DNA of 63,929 bases, filler included, from Pirum gemmata (Eukaryota), in assembly GCA_002812295.1 (NCBI GenBank). It is 14 parts of 14 records of this genome, joined end to end, with 100 filler letters (N's around TTAATTAATTAA, not from the genome) between each part and the next. Parts side by side here need not be neighbours in the genome. Positions count along the whole stretch, not along the records: positions 1 to 4,609 come from PDIN01001100.1; positions 4,710 to 9,199 come from PDIN01001101.1; positions 9,300 to 13,785 come from PDIN01001102.1; 11 more parts are not named here. The stretch is one strand, 5' to 3'. Numbering within the stretch: position 1 is the first letter of the stretch; each line of letters opens with the position of its first letter. The position numbers and the translations under genes were made by a program. Shown here in pieces: positions 1 through 11,777 of the stretch. The notes beneath the pieces are model-generated. The model saw nothing but the letters and a program-made list of their open reading frames with translations. It had not been told where the DNA came from and searched no databases.

Positions 1-75
1 ACAATTCAATACAATTCAATACAATTCAATACAATTCAATACAATTCAATACAATTCAATACAATACAATACAAT
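1..75. repeat. (ACAATTCAAT)n / (ACAAT)n simple tandem repeat
   Basis: Six perfect 10-mers followed by ACAAT units, read directly. Confidence 0.95.
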
Positions 76-411
76 ACACTACCATATCATAACTTTTTCA
101 AATATGGAATGCTACTTTTGTTATTATAATATATTTTTTTCTGAAAAAATAATTTTAAATATGTCTTTCCTTTAAATTTGTTACTATTACCATTAATTCA
201 AGACTTACTATTACTATTACTATTACTATTTTTTACTGTTAATATCAATTGCTATTCCAAGTTACTATTAATATTACTAATATTTATTAATAATATTAAT
301 ATTAATTTAGCTAATCATCTAATAATATTACCATTACCACTATAGCATACTGTAAATTATAACATTTATATTTGTTTATACATAATTATACTATAATATT
401 TTATATTATTA

Positions 412-490
412 GCACGTCGCTAACGTTTTCAAACATATATCCAGATCGGCGACCGATCTGGATATATGTTTGAAAACGTTAGCGATGTGC
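412..490. repeat. Near-perfect 38-bp inverted repeat (hairpin) with 3-nt loop
   Basis: Arm 412-449 GCACGTCGCTAACGTTTTCAAACATATATCCAGATCGG, loop CGA, arm 453-490 is the reverse complement with one G-T mismatch. Confidence 0.95.
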
Positions 491-739
491 ATATATATAA
501 TATAATAATATTACTATTACCATTACTATTACTATTAATTACTATTACTATTAAAAATTTACTATTACTTTAAATAATTTTTTTATTATTACTATTACTA
601 TTAATTAATATATTACTATTACTATTACTATTTCTATTAATACTATTGCTATTGATATATTACTATTACCATTATAATTACTATTACTATATCAATATAT
701 TACTATTACTTTATATATATTACTATTAATATTAATATT

Positions 740-1200
740 GTCTGTTTGTTTGTTGTCTGTTTGTTTTGCTGTTTGTTTGTTGTATGTTTGTTTGGTGTTT
801 GTTTGTTTGTTTGTTTGTTTGCTGTGTGTTGCTTGATCTTTGCTTGTTTGTTTGTTTGTTGTTTGTATGTATGGTTGTTTGTTGTCTATTTGTTTGTTTG
901 GTGTGTGTTTGGTGTGTGTAAACATTTATTAGTTTTGTTTGCTTGTTCTTTGTTTGTTTGTTTGTTTGTTTGTTTGTTTGTTTGTTTGTTTGTTTGTTTG
1001 TTACTTATTTATTAAATATTTTGTTGCTTATTTGTTTGTTGTCCGTTTGTTTGTTGTTTGTTTGTTTGTTTGTTTGTTTGCAATTGCAATTAATTGTTTG
1101 TTGCTTGTTTATTTGTTGCTTGCTTGTTTGTTATCTAGATCTGTCTGTTTGTTGTCTATTTGTTTGTTTTTATTTGTTTTATGTTTGTTTTTTACGTTTT
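740..1200. repeat. Degenerate (TGTT)n microsatellite
   Basis: Read directly; source of the spurious FVCL-type ORFs. Confidence 0.9.
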
Positions 1201-2392
1201 TTATATTACGTATGATATAAAAAAAAAAGGTGGGGGGCTGTAATAGTAATTAATTGAATAGTAATAGTAATAGTAATAGTAATAGTAATTTAAAATAGTA
1301 ATATTAATATTAATAGTACTAGTTATAATTATTATATATAACATACTATATTCATATATAGATAAAGTTCCGAAAGACCCATATATATAGTAATAGTAAT
1401 AGTAATATTAATATTAATAGTAATAGTAATAGTATTAGTAATAGTAATAGTAATAGTATTAATAATAGGAATTAATAGTAATAGTAATAATAGTTATAGT
1501 AATAGGAATTAATAGTAATAGTAATAATAGTTATAGTAATAGTAATTAATATAGTAATTGATATTTATAGTAATAGTAATATTATATATATATTATATTC
1601 AAATATAGAAAAAGTTCCGAAAGACCCAAATAGTAATATTAATAGAAATTAAATAATTAGTAATAGTAATTAATAATAGTGATGATTATATAATTAGTAA
1701 TAGTAATAGATAGCATCCAAAAGTAAATAACGTTGAAGAATTAAAGCTTTTATATTATTATTAATATTATTATAATTTTTTTTTTTTGTTGGTGCTTGTG
1801 GTGCGTGTGTTTGTTCGTGTGTTGGACTGTGGGTGTGGGTGTGTGGGTGTCATACATAATTATATAGTTAAAGTTAAGGTTATATATAATTATAGTTGAT
1901 TATATAACAATAGTAATAGTCCAAAAAAGCATGGCACACGTACAGTTACTATTATTATTATTATTATTATTATCATTTTATTTTAGTTGTTTTGAATTGT
2001 TGTGTGTGTTTGTAAATTTTATTGTATCCAAAATTGTCTAGTAGATTTGTCTAGCCAAAGTTTTATTTATTTTTTTTTATTTTTTTTTTATGCCACTTTT
2101 CTATTTTGAATTTTTGATAGATATTGTTGTTGTTCAAAAGAATATGTGGACAACGCCCTATGCAGATTTAAAAAGCAGTTACAAGCTTAAGTTAACAAAT
2201 AAAAAATAAAAAATAAAAATAAAAATAGAAACAACAAACAACTAACAACTAATACAAAAAGAGTATATTATAACGATCGCGAATTCAAAAACAGAAAATC
2301 TCAAAAAATAAAAATAACAATAGAAAAGTATCAGGACAATTATATAAAAAAAGAGTAAAAATAAATATTAATATTAATAACCCTCTGACACA

Positions 2393-2965
2393 ATGTTTGC
2401 TTCCAAAATCTTCACTCTTGCTGTACTATCGGTATTATCACTATCTGTAAATGCTAATTGTCCAGGTAGTAACATTGCACCCGTCAATGGATGGTGTTGT
2501 GAAAGCGCTACCATTGCCCCCCAAATCAATGGTGCGGCATGTAATTGCCCTGGCAGTACGTGTGTGCAGGTGGAAGTTGAAAGCGGTACAACGGGAGAGG
2601 AAACAGGACCAAATAGTCCGGCATGTATATATGCAGGTATTCATTGCGAAGGTGATAGTGTCCCAGGTGTAACCCCCCCTACGCTTGGACCAGATAGTAT
2701 TGCATGTAAAGTAGCTGGGCATGGCTGTGATGGGTCAATAGGGCTAGGGCCCAATTCCCTTGCTTGCACCGTTGCTGGTTATGGTTGCGATGTTAACCCT
2801 GTGTACACAACAAACCCTACAATCCCTCCCATCACTCCCATCCCTCCCATCCCTGCCACCCCGGCCACCCCTACTAAAAAAACTTTAAAAAGTACATGTA
2901 CACGAAGTCCAAATTGTGATTGTAAAAAATGTACTGACGCAGGTTTCGATTGTGGAAATTGTTAA
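2393..2965 (+). CDS. Secreted cysteine-rich protein with three GP[ND]SxACxxAGxxC[DE] repeats and a Pro/Thr linker
   Basis: 190-aa ORF, GC above flanks, signal-peptide-like N-terminus (MFASKIFTLAVLSVLSLSVNA), many Cys, internal repeats, PTIPPITPIPPIPATPATPT linker, Cys-rich C-terminus. Confidence 0.85.
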   Translation: MFASKIFTLAVLSVLSLSVNANCPGSNIAPVNGWCCESATIAPQINGAACNCPGSTCVQVEVESGTTGEETGPNSPACIYAGIHCEGDSVPGVTPPTLGPDSIACKVAGHGCDGSIGLGPNSLACTVAGYGCDVNPVYTTNPTIPPITPIPPIPATPATPTKKTLKSTCTRSPNCDCKKCTDAGFDCGNC

Positions 2966-3097
2966 AAATTCGAATTTTTTAAATTAGATTGTATTAATAA
3001 TCTTTATTAATTTGATTGTAACCTCGAGCTCTATTATTAATTATCTTTATACCTAATTCCGGTCGAATATCATGAGCACAGTATAACCCCCCCCCCC

Positions 3098-3492
3098 TCC
3101 AAATAAATAAATGAATAAACAAACAAACAAACAAACAAACAAACAAATTTTTAAATAACGAACGATATAATGAATAATAATATTTTGAAATATTAATTAA
3201 AATAAAAACTGACATGATGAAAATTTTTAAAAGTGTAAAATTTAATATAAAATTAAAAAAATAAATAAAAAATAACCAAAAGTTAAAGTTTAGACAAATA
3301 TTATATCCAAATAAATAAATAAATAAATAAATAAATCTTTAAATAAACAACGCTATAATGAATGTTAATGTTTTAAAATATTAATTAAAAACTGACATGA
3401 TTATTAAAATTTTTAAAAATGTAAAATTTAATATTAATATAAAATCAAATAAATAAATAAAAAATAGCCTAAAGTTAATAAAGTTTAGACAA
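3098..3492. repeat. Two-copy ~200-bp AT-rich tandem duplication
   Basis: Shared strings TATAATGAAT, AAAAACTGACATGAT, GTAAAATTTAATAT and AAAGTTTAGACAA recur in the same order. Confidence 0.75.
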
Positions 3493-4057
3493 TTATACAC
3501 TTCTACACCAACGGGTTGTTTGTTTTTGCGCAATGCGCAATAGTTCTCAAATATTATTGTAATATAATATAATGTATATATATAATATTACTAGTCATTA
3601 TTTACATTACCATGAAATACTTATATATAGACACTTTTTGCGGGGTATATATAAATGAAATTCAAAAGAATCACAAAAGCTATGGTGTTTTGCCATAGCC
3701 AACAACAGAGAGAAACAAAGACTTACTTTATTGGTTGTAAATTTGAAAGTAATACTCGGGTTTTTATATTAAGGTTATTGTTGTTATTATAATATTATTG
3801 TTATTTTTATTATTGTTATATTATCGTTATTATTGTTATTAATATTGTTATAATATTATTATTAATAATATTGTTATTATTGCTATTATTGTACGTGTAT
3901 GTTTTTATTGCAATTATTGCAATTATATTGTCATTATTGTTATTGTATCAATATATATTATTGTAATTATTGTTATTATTGTTATTATTGTTATTATATT
4001 AATATTATTGTTGTTCTTGTTTTTATATGTAGTATACGTAGTAGTATACGTAATACA

Positions 4058-4152
<95 letters not shown>
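4058..4152. repeat. (TAG)n microsatellite
   Basis: Read directly. Confidence 0.95.
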
Positions 4153-4609
4153 NAAATAAGTTCGAAATTTTGAGCTTGCAATTAAGTATTCAAATATATT
4201 TATTTATTTATAAACCCGAAAAAAATGGGAAAATTAATTTTCAAACAAAGCTGAATTTTGGCTTTTTCAGAAATTCGAGTTTTCGGGCTCTAGCTAGCAG
4301 AATTGGGAGAGGCCTACAGGGAGTTGACGTTATTTTTTTTTTTAACAGCCGAGCCGGATAAAACACTAATAAAACTGACAAATCCTTTTTCTTAGACTTG
4401 TTGACTGGACTTGTTGAGCAAAACTGGTCGCTAGTTGTATAATTTAATTAACAAATGTTGGTAGTACTTTTATTAAAATAGGAGCTTTTTGATATTTTTA
4501 TAATAAATATGACTCTTATATAATATTATTATGGCGGATGTCGCAATTTTTATCCGGCTTTGCTGTTAAAAAAAATAAAAAAATAATAATAATATTTTTT
4601 TAAAATAAT

Positions 4610-4709
4610 NNNNNNNNNNNNNNNNNNNNNNNNNNNNNNNNNNNNNNNNNNNNTTAATTAATTAANNNNNNNNNNNNNNNNNNNNNNNNNNNNNNNNNNN
4701 NNNNNNNNN
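4610..4709. other. Artificial contig linker N44-TTAATTAATTAA-N44 (first of 13; others start at 9200, 13786, 18385, 22981, 27600, 32145, 36701, 41367, 45978, 50562, 55146, 59729)
   Basis: Identical 100-bp structure each time; the core gives stops in all six frames; spacing about 4.5 kb. Confidence 0.97.
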
Positions 4710-5228
4710 AAAGAGTACCAAATTAATACAATATAAATCTATTTCATTTAATTTGGTATATTTTATTATATATTTTTTTATTTAAAAGTATCAATTTTAA
4801 ATATTATAATCAACCAAATAAATATTCGGAGTGACAAAATAAATAAATAAAAAGCGCTATAACGTTTATCATATTATCATATTATTATCTAGTGCTCTCA
4901 GACTTTTAGTGCTCTACTAGCTGGCTAACTAGCTATGATAGCTAGCTAGAGAGGTCTACTATGTAGCTGCTAGCTAGCTAGCTAGTAGTAATCTATCATA
5001 GGTAGTATAGATATCAACCAGCTACTGTGTATGATGTATGTATCATAATTATCATAATATCGATAATAATATGATAAAAACAGAATCAGATAACTATCAG
5101 ATAGCTGGTTACTTTTTGTAAAATCTTGGGTGTGTTTAGGGGCGGTGTATAGGTATTTTGCACTTTTGGTTTCCTTTTTTGGTGTGTTTTGTCACAGTCT
5201 CAACCGTCTCGTAGCTGCTCGCTAGAGT

Positions 5229-5349
5229 TAACCCTAAAACCCTAACCCTAACTAACCCTAACCCTAACCCTAACCCTAAAACCCTAAAACCCTAACCCTA
5301 ACCTTAACCCTAAAACCCTAAAACCCTAACCCTGACTCTAACTCTAACC
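5229..5349. repeat. Degenerate interstitial (CCCTAA)n telomere-like tract
   Basis: AACCCT/AAAACCCT units, internal to a contig. Confidence 0.85.
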
Positions 5350-6282
5350 AGGAGAATGATACCCATAACTTATTACGATAGTATCGTATTATGATAGCTA
5401 GCTAGTGTCATAGTAGATAGTATCATATACATTTTATATGTATTATGATATCATAGCAAAGTATCGGTTATTTTCGCGAAAATAACCATTTACCCTAACC
5501 CCTACTAGTAGCTAGCTAGCTAGCTAGACCCCTCTATGATAGCTATTAGCTAGCTAGCTAGATAGAGTAGCTAGCTAGAGTAGACCCTAACCCCTAGCTA
5601 GCTAGCTAGACCCTAACTAACCCTAACCTGGCACAGTAGACTAGTAGACTAGCTAGAGTCTCACTAGTAGCTGCATAGAGGTCAAGTTGGCTTTTTGAGG
5701 AGTTTGATGGGTTGTAACTTGTAAGCTATTTTTCCAAATTTGTTTAATTTAAATTACCCTCAAGATTGAGTTCCGAACTTCGGAAGTAAAAAAAAGCACA
5801 AATAGTGTCACTAATTTATGATTTATAAACCAACACTATTAAATTTCTCTAGTAACGTATTAAGCGTGATAAATTTTATATTTTATAATAAATGGACTTC
5901 AACTGAGGACTTCAACGGTGACGTTCAAAACTGACGTTCAACAGTGAATCAACAACACTCGTTCAACCTTGGGTTTATAAATAGTCTAACTAATAATAGA
6001 CCAGTAAAAAAAAATTAATAAAAAAATAAAAGGTATGTCATAGTTTAAAAAAACATACAAATCAATAATAATATTATCAATAATAATATCATATTAATTA
6101 TTAATTAAATAAAAGTATGTACATTCGTCAACTGTAAATTATTATTATTATTATTAAAAATTTTATAGATATACCAAAACCTGATCAAGACATTGATAAA
6201 AATACCGAAAATACTCCAATAACAATATATTTTATTTTATCAATGCTTATTATAAGTGGCTATAGTTATAATAAATACTATT

Positions 6283-7447
6283 GTGCTTTTCATTTATTTT
6301 GTCAATCCAAATATTTATTTGGTTGGTTATGATATTTAAATTGGCTTTTTAAAATGAAATGGATTTATATTGTATTAATTTGGTACTCTTTTTTGTATAT
6401 TTTATGATGACAAAACAACTGAAAAGCAATTGATAGTATAATATTATATTGAACGTGACTACTATTGAATACTAATAATATTACATACGGTATATAATAA
6501 TAATATAATGTAATACCGTGACTACTACTAATAATATTACATACGGTATATAATATAATGTAATACCAAATATATATCCAATTCTTCAATCAGTTTAAAG
6601 ACGACTATGACTAGTACTTTGATAGTTGTTTTTTGAATAATTATGTTTTTTCATATATATATTAATATTTATCTTTCTTTTCATTTATTTTGTCACTCTG
6701 AATATTTATTTGGAGGATTATAATATTTAAATTGATATTTTTAAATCAATACATTGATAATAAAATATATCAAATATTAATGGATTTATATTAATATTGT
6801 ATTTATTAATTAATTCATATTAATAATTTCATGATGACAAAACGACTGAAATGCACTACAAAAACACTGAATAATGCGGATGGATATGATATATAGTAAT
6901 GCATTTTGTATTACCTGATTGCTATAATAATCTTTCAATTATTAGTGTGATATTACATTTTCATCCCAAGTAACAGTTTATTAAAAAAGCTAATTTTAAT
7001 AATTTCGTTTATAGATATTATTAATATATTATATTCAAATATATTACTTTTGACTTTCTTGGGCATGGACACACGATAGTTCTACTTCGAATTGATATAA
7101 AAATTAGTAACAATAATTATTGTAACATTTATTATTAATATCATAATAAATTATGATAATGATATAATATTATATATTAATATCAGATATTTATTTATTC
7201 ATTTATTTATTTAATAAAAGTAACTTATAAATTGTTTATGATCACTAAATATTAATACAGATTTTATTATCATGCTTTTCAGTTGTTTTGTCATCATAAA
7301 ACATACAATAAAGAGTACCAAATTAATACTATATAAATCCATTTCATTTAATTCGGTATATTATATTATCTATTTTATTCATTTAAAAATGTCAACTTAA
7401 ATATTATAACCAACCAAATAAATAAATATTCAATAAATGAAAAGCAC
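6283..7447. mobile_element. Three copies of MITE family A (about 6283-6429, 6677-6856, 7272-7447)
   Basis: Ends GTGCTTTTCATTTATTTTGTCA and TGACAAAACAACTGAAAAGCAC with shared AT-rich interior; both orientations present. Confidence 0.75.
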
Positions 7448-7947
7448 AATAATATTAATATTACAATAATACTTTTTGAACATTTGCATTTTTTAATTNT
7501 TAATTTTAAAATTAAAAAAATGTATTATTACTAGTACTACTATATCAGAGTTATATCAGATAGTTATTATATACACTGTTATTATTTATAAAACACATTT
7601 ATATAATATTGAATTTTTTAATTAATAATTAGGTCTCGAAATATTTAGACATATCATACAGTTCATACTATAATAATAACATTAAAAAATCTGATAATCA
7701 GTTGCCAACATAGCTTTTAGATAGCTTTTCCAAAGTGTTTCCGAAGTACCGGAAAGAGCGCGGAAAGGCCCAAAATCAATAAGCTGAAAGCAAAAGGCTA
7801 AATAAAGATAAAAGAGGTATTTATTAATTAAAGGGTAAAAAATAATAAAAGCCTAGTATGATAATAAAAGAGTAATAAAAGCCCAACTAATAATATAATA
7901 ATAATATAATAAAAAAAAAAGTAAACGTTTTTTCTCTCAGGTTTGGC

Positions 7948-8092
7948 AGCGTTCAAATAATACGTCAAGGGGCAGGTAAGTAGGTGGTATTTGAACTGTA
8001 TTTGACCGGAAATTAACGTCGAGGGGTAGGTAGATAGGGGTATTTGAAGCTGTATTTGACCAAAAATTGGCGTTGGGTAGTATTTGAGCGCA
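7948..8092. mobile_element. MITE family B copy (Harbinger-like, GGTAGGTA-rich)
   Basis: GCGTTCAAATAATACGT...TAGTATTTGAGCGC inverted ends; interior TATTTGACCGGAAATTAACGTCGAGGGG is shared with other copies. Confidence 0.75.
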
Positions 8093-11000
8093 GCTTTGAG
8101 CTCCCTTTTTTTCTGATATGACATAGACTAGCTCAATCAAAGCAAAACCATTGTGTAAATAAAAAAAAAAAAAGTCGACAACTTCGACAACACTCATAAA
8201 AATAACCTTTTTTTAATAATTCAAAAATGGAATTTTTTTTTTTACATAATTAAAAAAAAAAATGAATAAAGAAGCTTTAGAATAAAGGTGAGTATTATGA
8301 TATTATGATAATAATTAATAATAATAAAAAAAAGAATATTACATTATTACTTATTATTATGATAATGAAGTGATATTTAAAATAGTACAAAAAATTACTA
8401 AAGAATGAGTGAATAAAAAAAATTGAACCAACTCCGACGTTACTCCGTTTTCTAAATTTTCTATCTTCTCTTTTTTTATATATATCATATATGATAAACA
8501 AACAGACAAAAAAAAAATTATTATTAATATTAATTAACTAGATTATTAATTAATTAATAATAAATTACTGGATAAATTCAGGTGACCGTGATAAATTATG
8601 AACTTTTAACAATTATTTCTATAAAATAAATAAAGGCAAGAATTTGAATGGCTACTGTAAAAATTGCATTTTCGCAAAAATTTAATACATAACATTATAA
8701 TTTATAATCTATTATACACACCCTTATGATGCACGTCGTATTCTTTTTAAAAGTTTCGATTTTGTTAAATAAACAAGTTTGATATATAGTATACAATTTG
8801 ATTTGATAAGTTAATTATTAAGTGTATGATTATAATTATTATTATAAAAGTGTTTTTAAATGTAATGGAGGTGGATCACGCTGAATTATTAGATAACAAA
8901 ACCACTCAAAAATACTCTCTATATTTATATTATATATTTAAACATTTTTTAATATAATTATAATTAATAAACTTATCCATCAAATTATATTATATATAAT
9001 ATTAATTAACAGGCCTCTATTAACCCACTGGTTTATTTGTACGAACCAAATGTTATATAGTCTATTTAAATAATCATATTATTAACGTCTATATAATTAT
9101 GTATTGTGCTTTTCATTTATTTTGTCACCCTTGCATATTTGTTTGGTAGGTTATAACCTTTAAATTGATATTTTTAAATGAATAAATAAATAATAAAATN
9201 NNNNNNNNNNNNNNNNNNNNNNNNNNNNNNNNNNNNNNNNNNNTTAATTAATTAANNNNNNNNNNNNNNNNNNNNNNNNNNNNNNNNNNNNNNNNNNNNG
9301 GATGGAAATAATGCACGGCTCATTGTACTCAAAGATACAGGACCACATGATGCATGAAGATGGGTTGGAATTGAACCTAACTAAGGGTTGATAAAAAATT
9401 TTATGTACAAACAGCTTAATTTTGTACAGCCAGTAGCAGGCAGCTCTAACAAGTCTGCTACAGCTACCATAGTCTAACTGTCTGAAACGCAGTTCAAAGT
9501 TCAAACTTGCTTGTTCAAACTTGTATGGGCACAGTCAAAATATTTAGTAGTATTTTCTAAGCAAGTAATAAATATCACTTTGACCCAGCACTTTGACTTC
9601 ACCAAAAACTTATTCCTTTTTTTTTTTTGTTTTTTTGTTTTTTGTTTTGTTTTCTAATATTAGAAATCATTTATTCCTAGCCAAAATATTTTTAAAACCA
9701 GCCCTTGGTTCATAATAGAGTTTTCTAAGTTAAAATATTTCTCAAAATTTGGTAGTACTTAAAAATTAACATCAGATCACTTTGAGATTTTTCAACAAAA
9801 CAAAAAACAAAAAACAAAACAAAAAACAAAAACAAACAAAAAACAAAAAAAAAAAAACAAAAATTCTCTCACATAGAAAATTCTCTTTAATATCAGTTCT
9901 TTTTTTCACCAATCCAAAGACAAACTTCGACAATAAATTGACTCGGCGATTTTTACCAAATCACTTGATAGCAGCCTCATCTGTATAAATTTTCACCGAA
10001 TCAGTGGTCTTCTTTGAACTTTCAACTGTTTTCAACTTTTTCAAGGGTATTTTACCTATGATAAGGATATTTTATCTAGTATTTTATGTTTTCAACTGTC
10101 TGTTTTCAACTTTTTCAAGGGTATTTTACCTATAATAAGGGTATTTCATCTAGGTATTTTATGTTTTCAACAGCGTTTTCAACTCAAGCTGTTTGAAGTC
10201 TGTTGCAACTTGCAAGTGTTTTGATATAATTTTTATTATCCAAGTAAGGGGTTTAGTAAGTTAAAAAGCCACAAAAAGTTGACACAAACTAGGCCGCCAA
10301 TGTGGGCGAGGTTTTGGTCAAGAGTCGAGACACTTGGCCTAGCTAGCTAGCTGATTCGTTTATACAATGAAATACAACTAGACTTCCAGTGGCATCGTTC
10401 CACCATGTTTTTTTCCCTCCAGAGTTTGTTTTAGTTAGCTATCATAGCTAAAGTAGCTAGCTAGTAGAACTTAGTTGAGAGAGTTTGTTGGCTTTTTTGC
10501 CATATTTTTTTGGTGTGGATTATTATTATTACGTTCATGACTGTTCATGTCTTTATTCTAAAGAGGAAAAGAAAACCTCACATGATTATCGTTGCGACCT
10601 AAAGATGCGAACTGGTTAATAGTCAACCCAGCCACTGAGGTTTTTTTTTTTGATTCGCAGGTGGGGAAATTGTTGGAAACGACTCTATCTATAGATGTTG
10701 TATTAATATTTATAGACGGTCTTCGTCTTTGTAACCCCAATGCTTTCGGATCCAGGTTGTTATCATATTATAATAACCAAATAACCACTTCGCCACTTCG
10801 CTGTTAGTTGCTATAGCCCTAGACTAGTCCACCAAGTATGATAATGGCACATAGACCTGTGAGTTTTGGTGTCCCCCTGCTAACAGGCTTGGTTAACAGT
10901 TGAGTTTACAATTCCCTCGACTATCACCCCATATTGATATTGGATAATAAAACCACCTGATATGGAAAAACAAAATAATTCTGTACGAGTATATGTAATA

Positions 11001-11777
11001 CGTCTCGCTAAAAACTACAATCGAGAAAGCCTGACTAAACACTTTGGAGCAAGTCTCATCACAAAAAGAAATTTATATTAATATCATATTGATATATTAA
11101 TACAAATTATTTTTACTGTTATCATAGTGTTAGGGTTTTAAGGAGTTGCAGGGTTATAAACTAGGGTTGGGGTGTCCCTTAAGCTTCCATTGCATCTTTA
11201 AAAAAAAAACATAATATTACATATAAGAGAAATAATATTTATAATAAAATTATTCTAAATTAGTTAAAAGTTTGTACAGCAATACAAAGACATAAAACAC
11301 CAAACTAAATAACATTACATTTTGAAATAATAAATAAGGGAAAAGTGCAATATTTATTTATATATTACTCTAATTATTTTTAGAGAAAAGTTTGTGTGAT
11401 GCAAAAAGAAAAAATTTAGACTCCGAATAATTATTTGGAGGGTTATAATCTTTAAGTTAACATTTTTAAATCAATAAATATATAATAAAATATACCAAAT
11501 TAAAGTAAATGGATTTATATTATATTAATTTGGTACTATTTATTGTATATTTATGTTATCGAAACAACTGAATTATATTTATCAAAACTCCAAAAAAAAA
11601 TGTCTAGAAAAAATTGTCACCAAAAAGATTTTTTTTTGGGGGGGTTGAAAATACTATCATATCTCCAAAAAAGATAAAATTATTTATAAAAATAATAAAA
11701 AAAATATTGATAAAAAAGTAGCCGAGTCTAGCTAGATTCTAGTAGCTAGAATACAGTGTGTATTATAATATTATTAT

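Noticed and set aside
692..1220. ORFs of FVCL/TNKQ type (and similar poly-I/L/Y/VK/LG ORFs at 4008, 23174-24096, 34759-35436, 39793-40641, 54294-54613, 59476-59776)
   Set aside because: Translations of microsatellites with no coding complexity.
4654..4665. Recurring TTAATTAATTAA palindrome as a biological motif
   Set aside because: Always centred in exactly 44+44 Ns; a six-frame-stop assembly linker.
9300..9530. Higher-GC coding-like stretch at contig start
   Set aside because: Only about 30 open codons on + and no recognisable motif.
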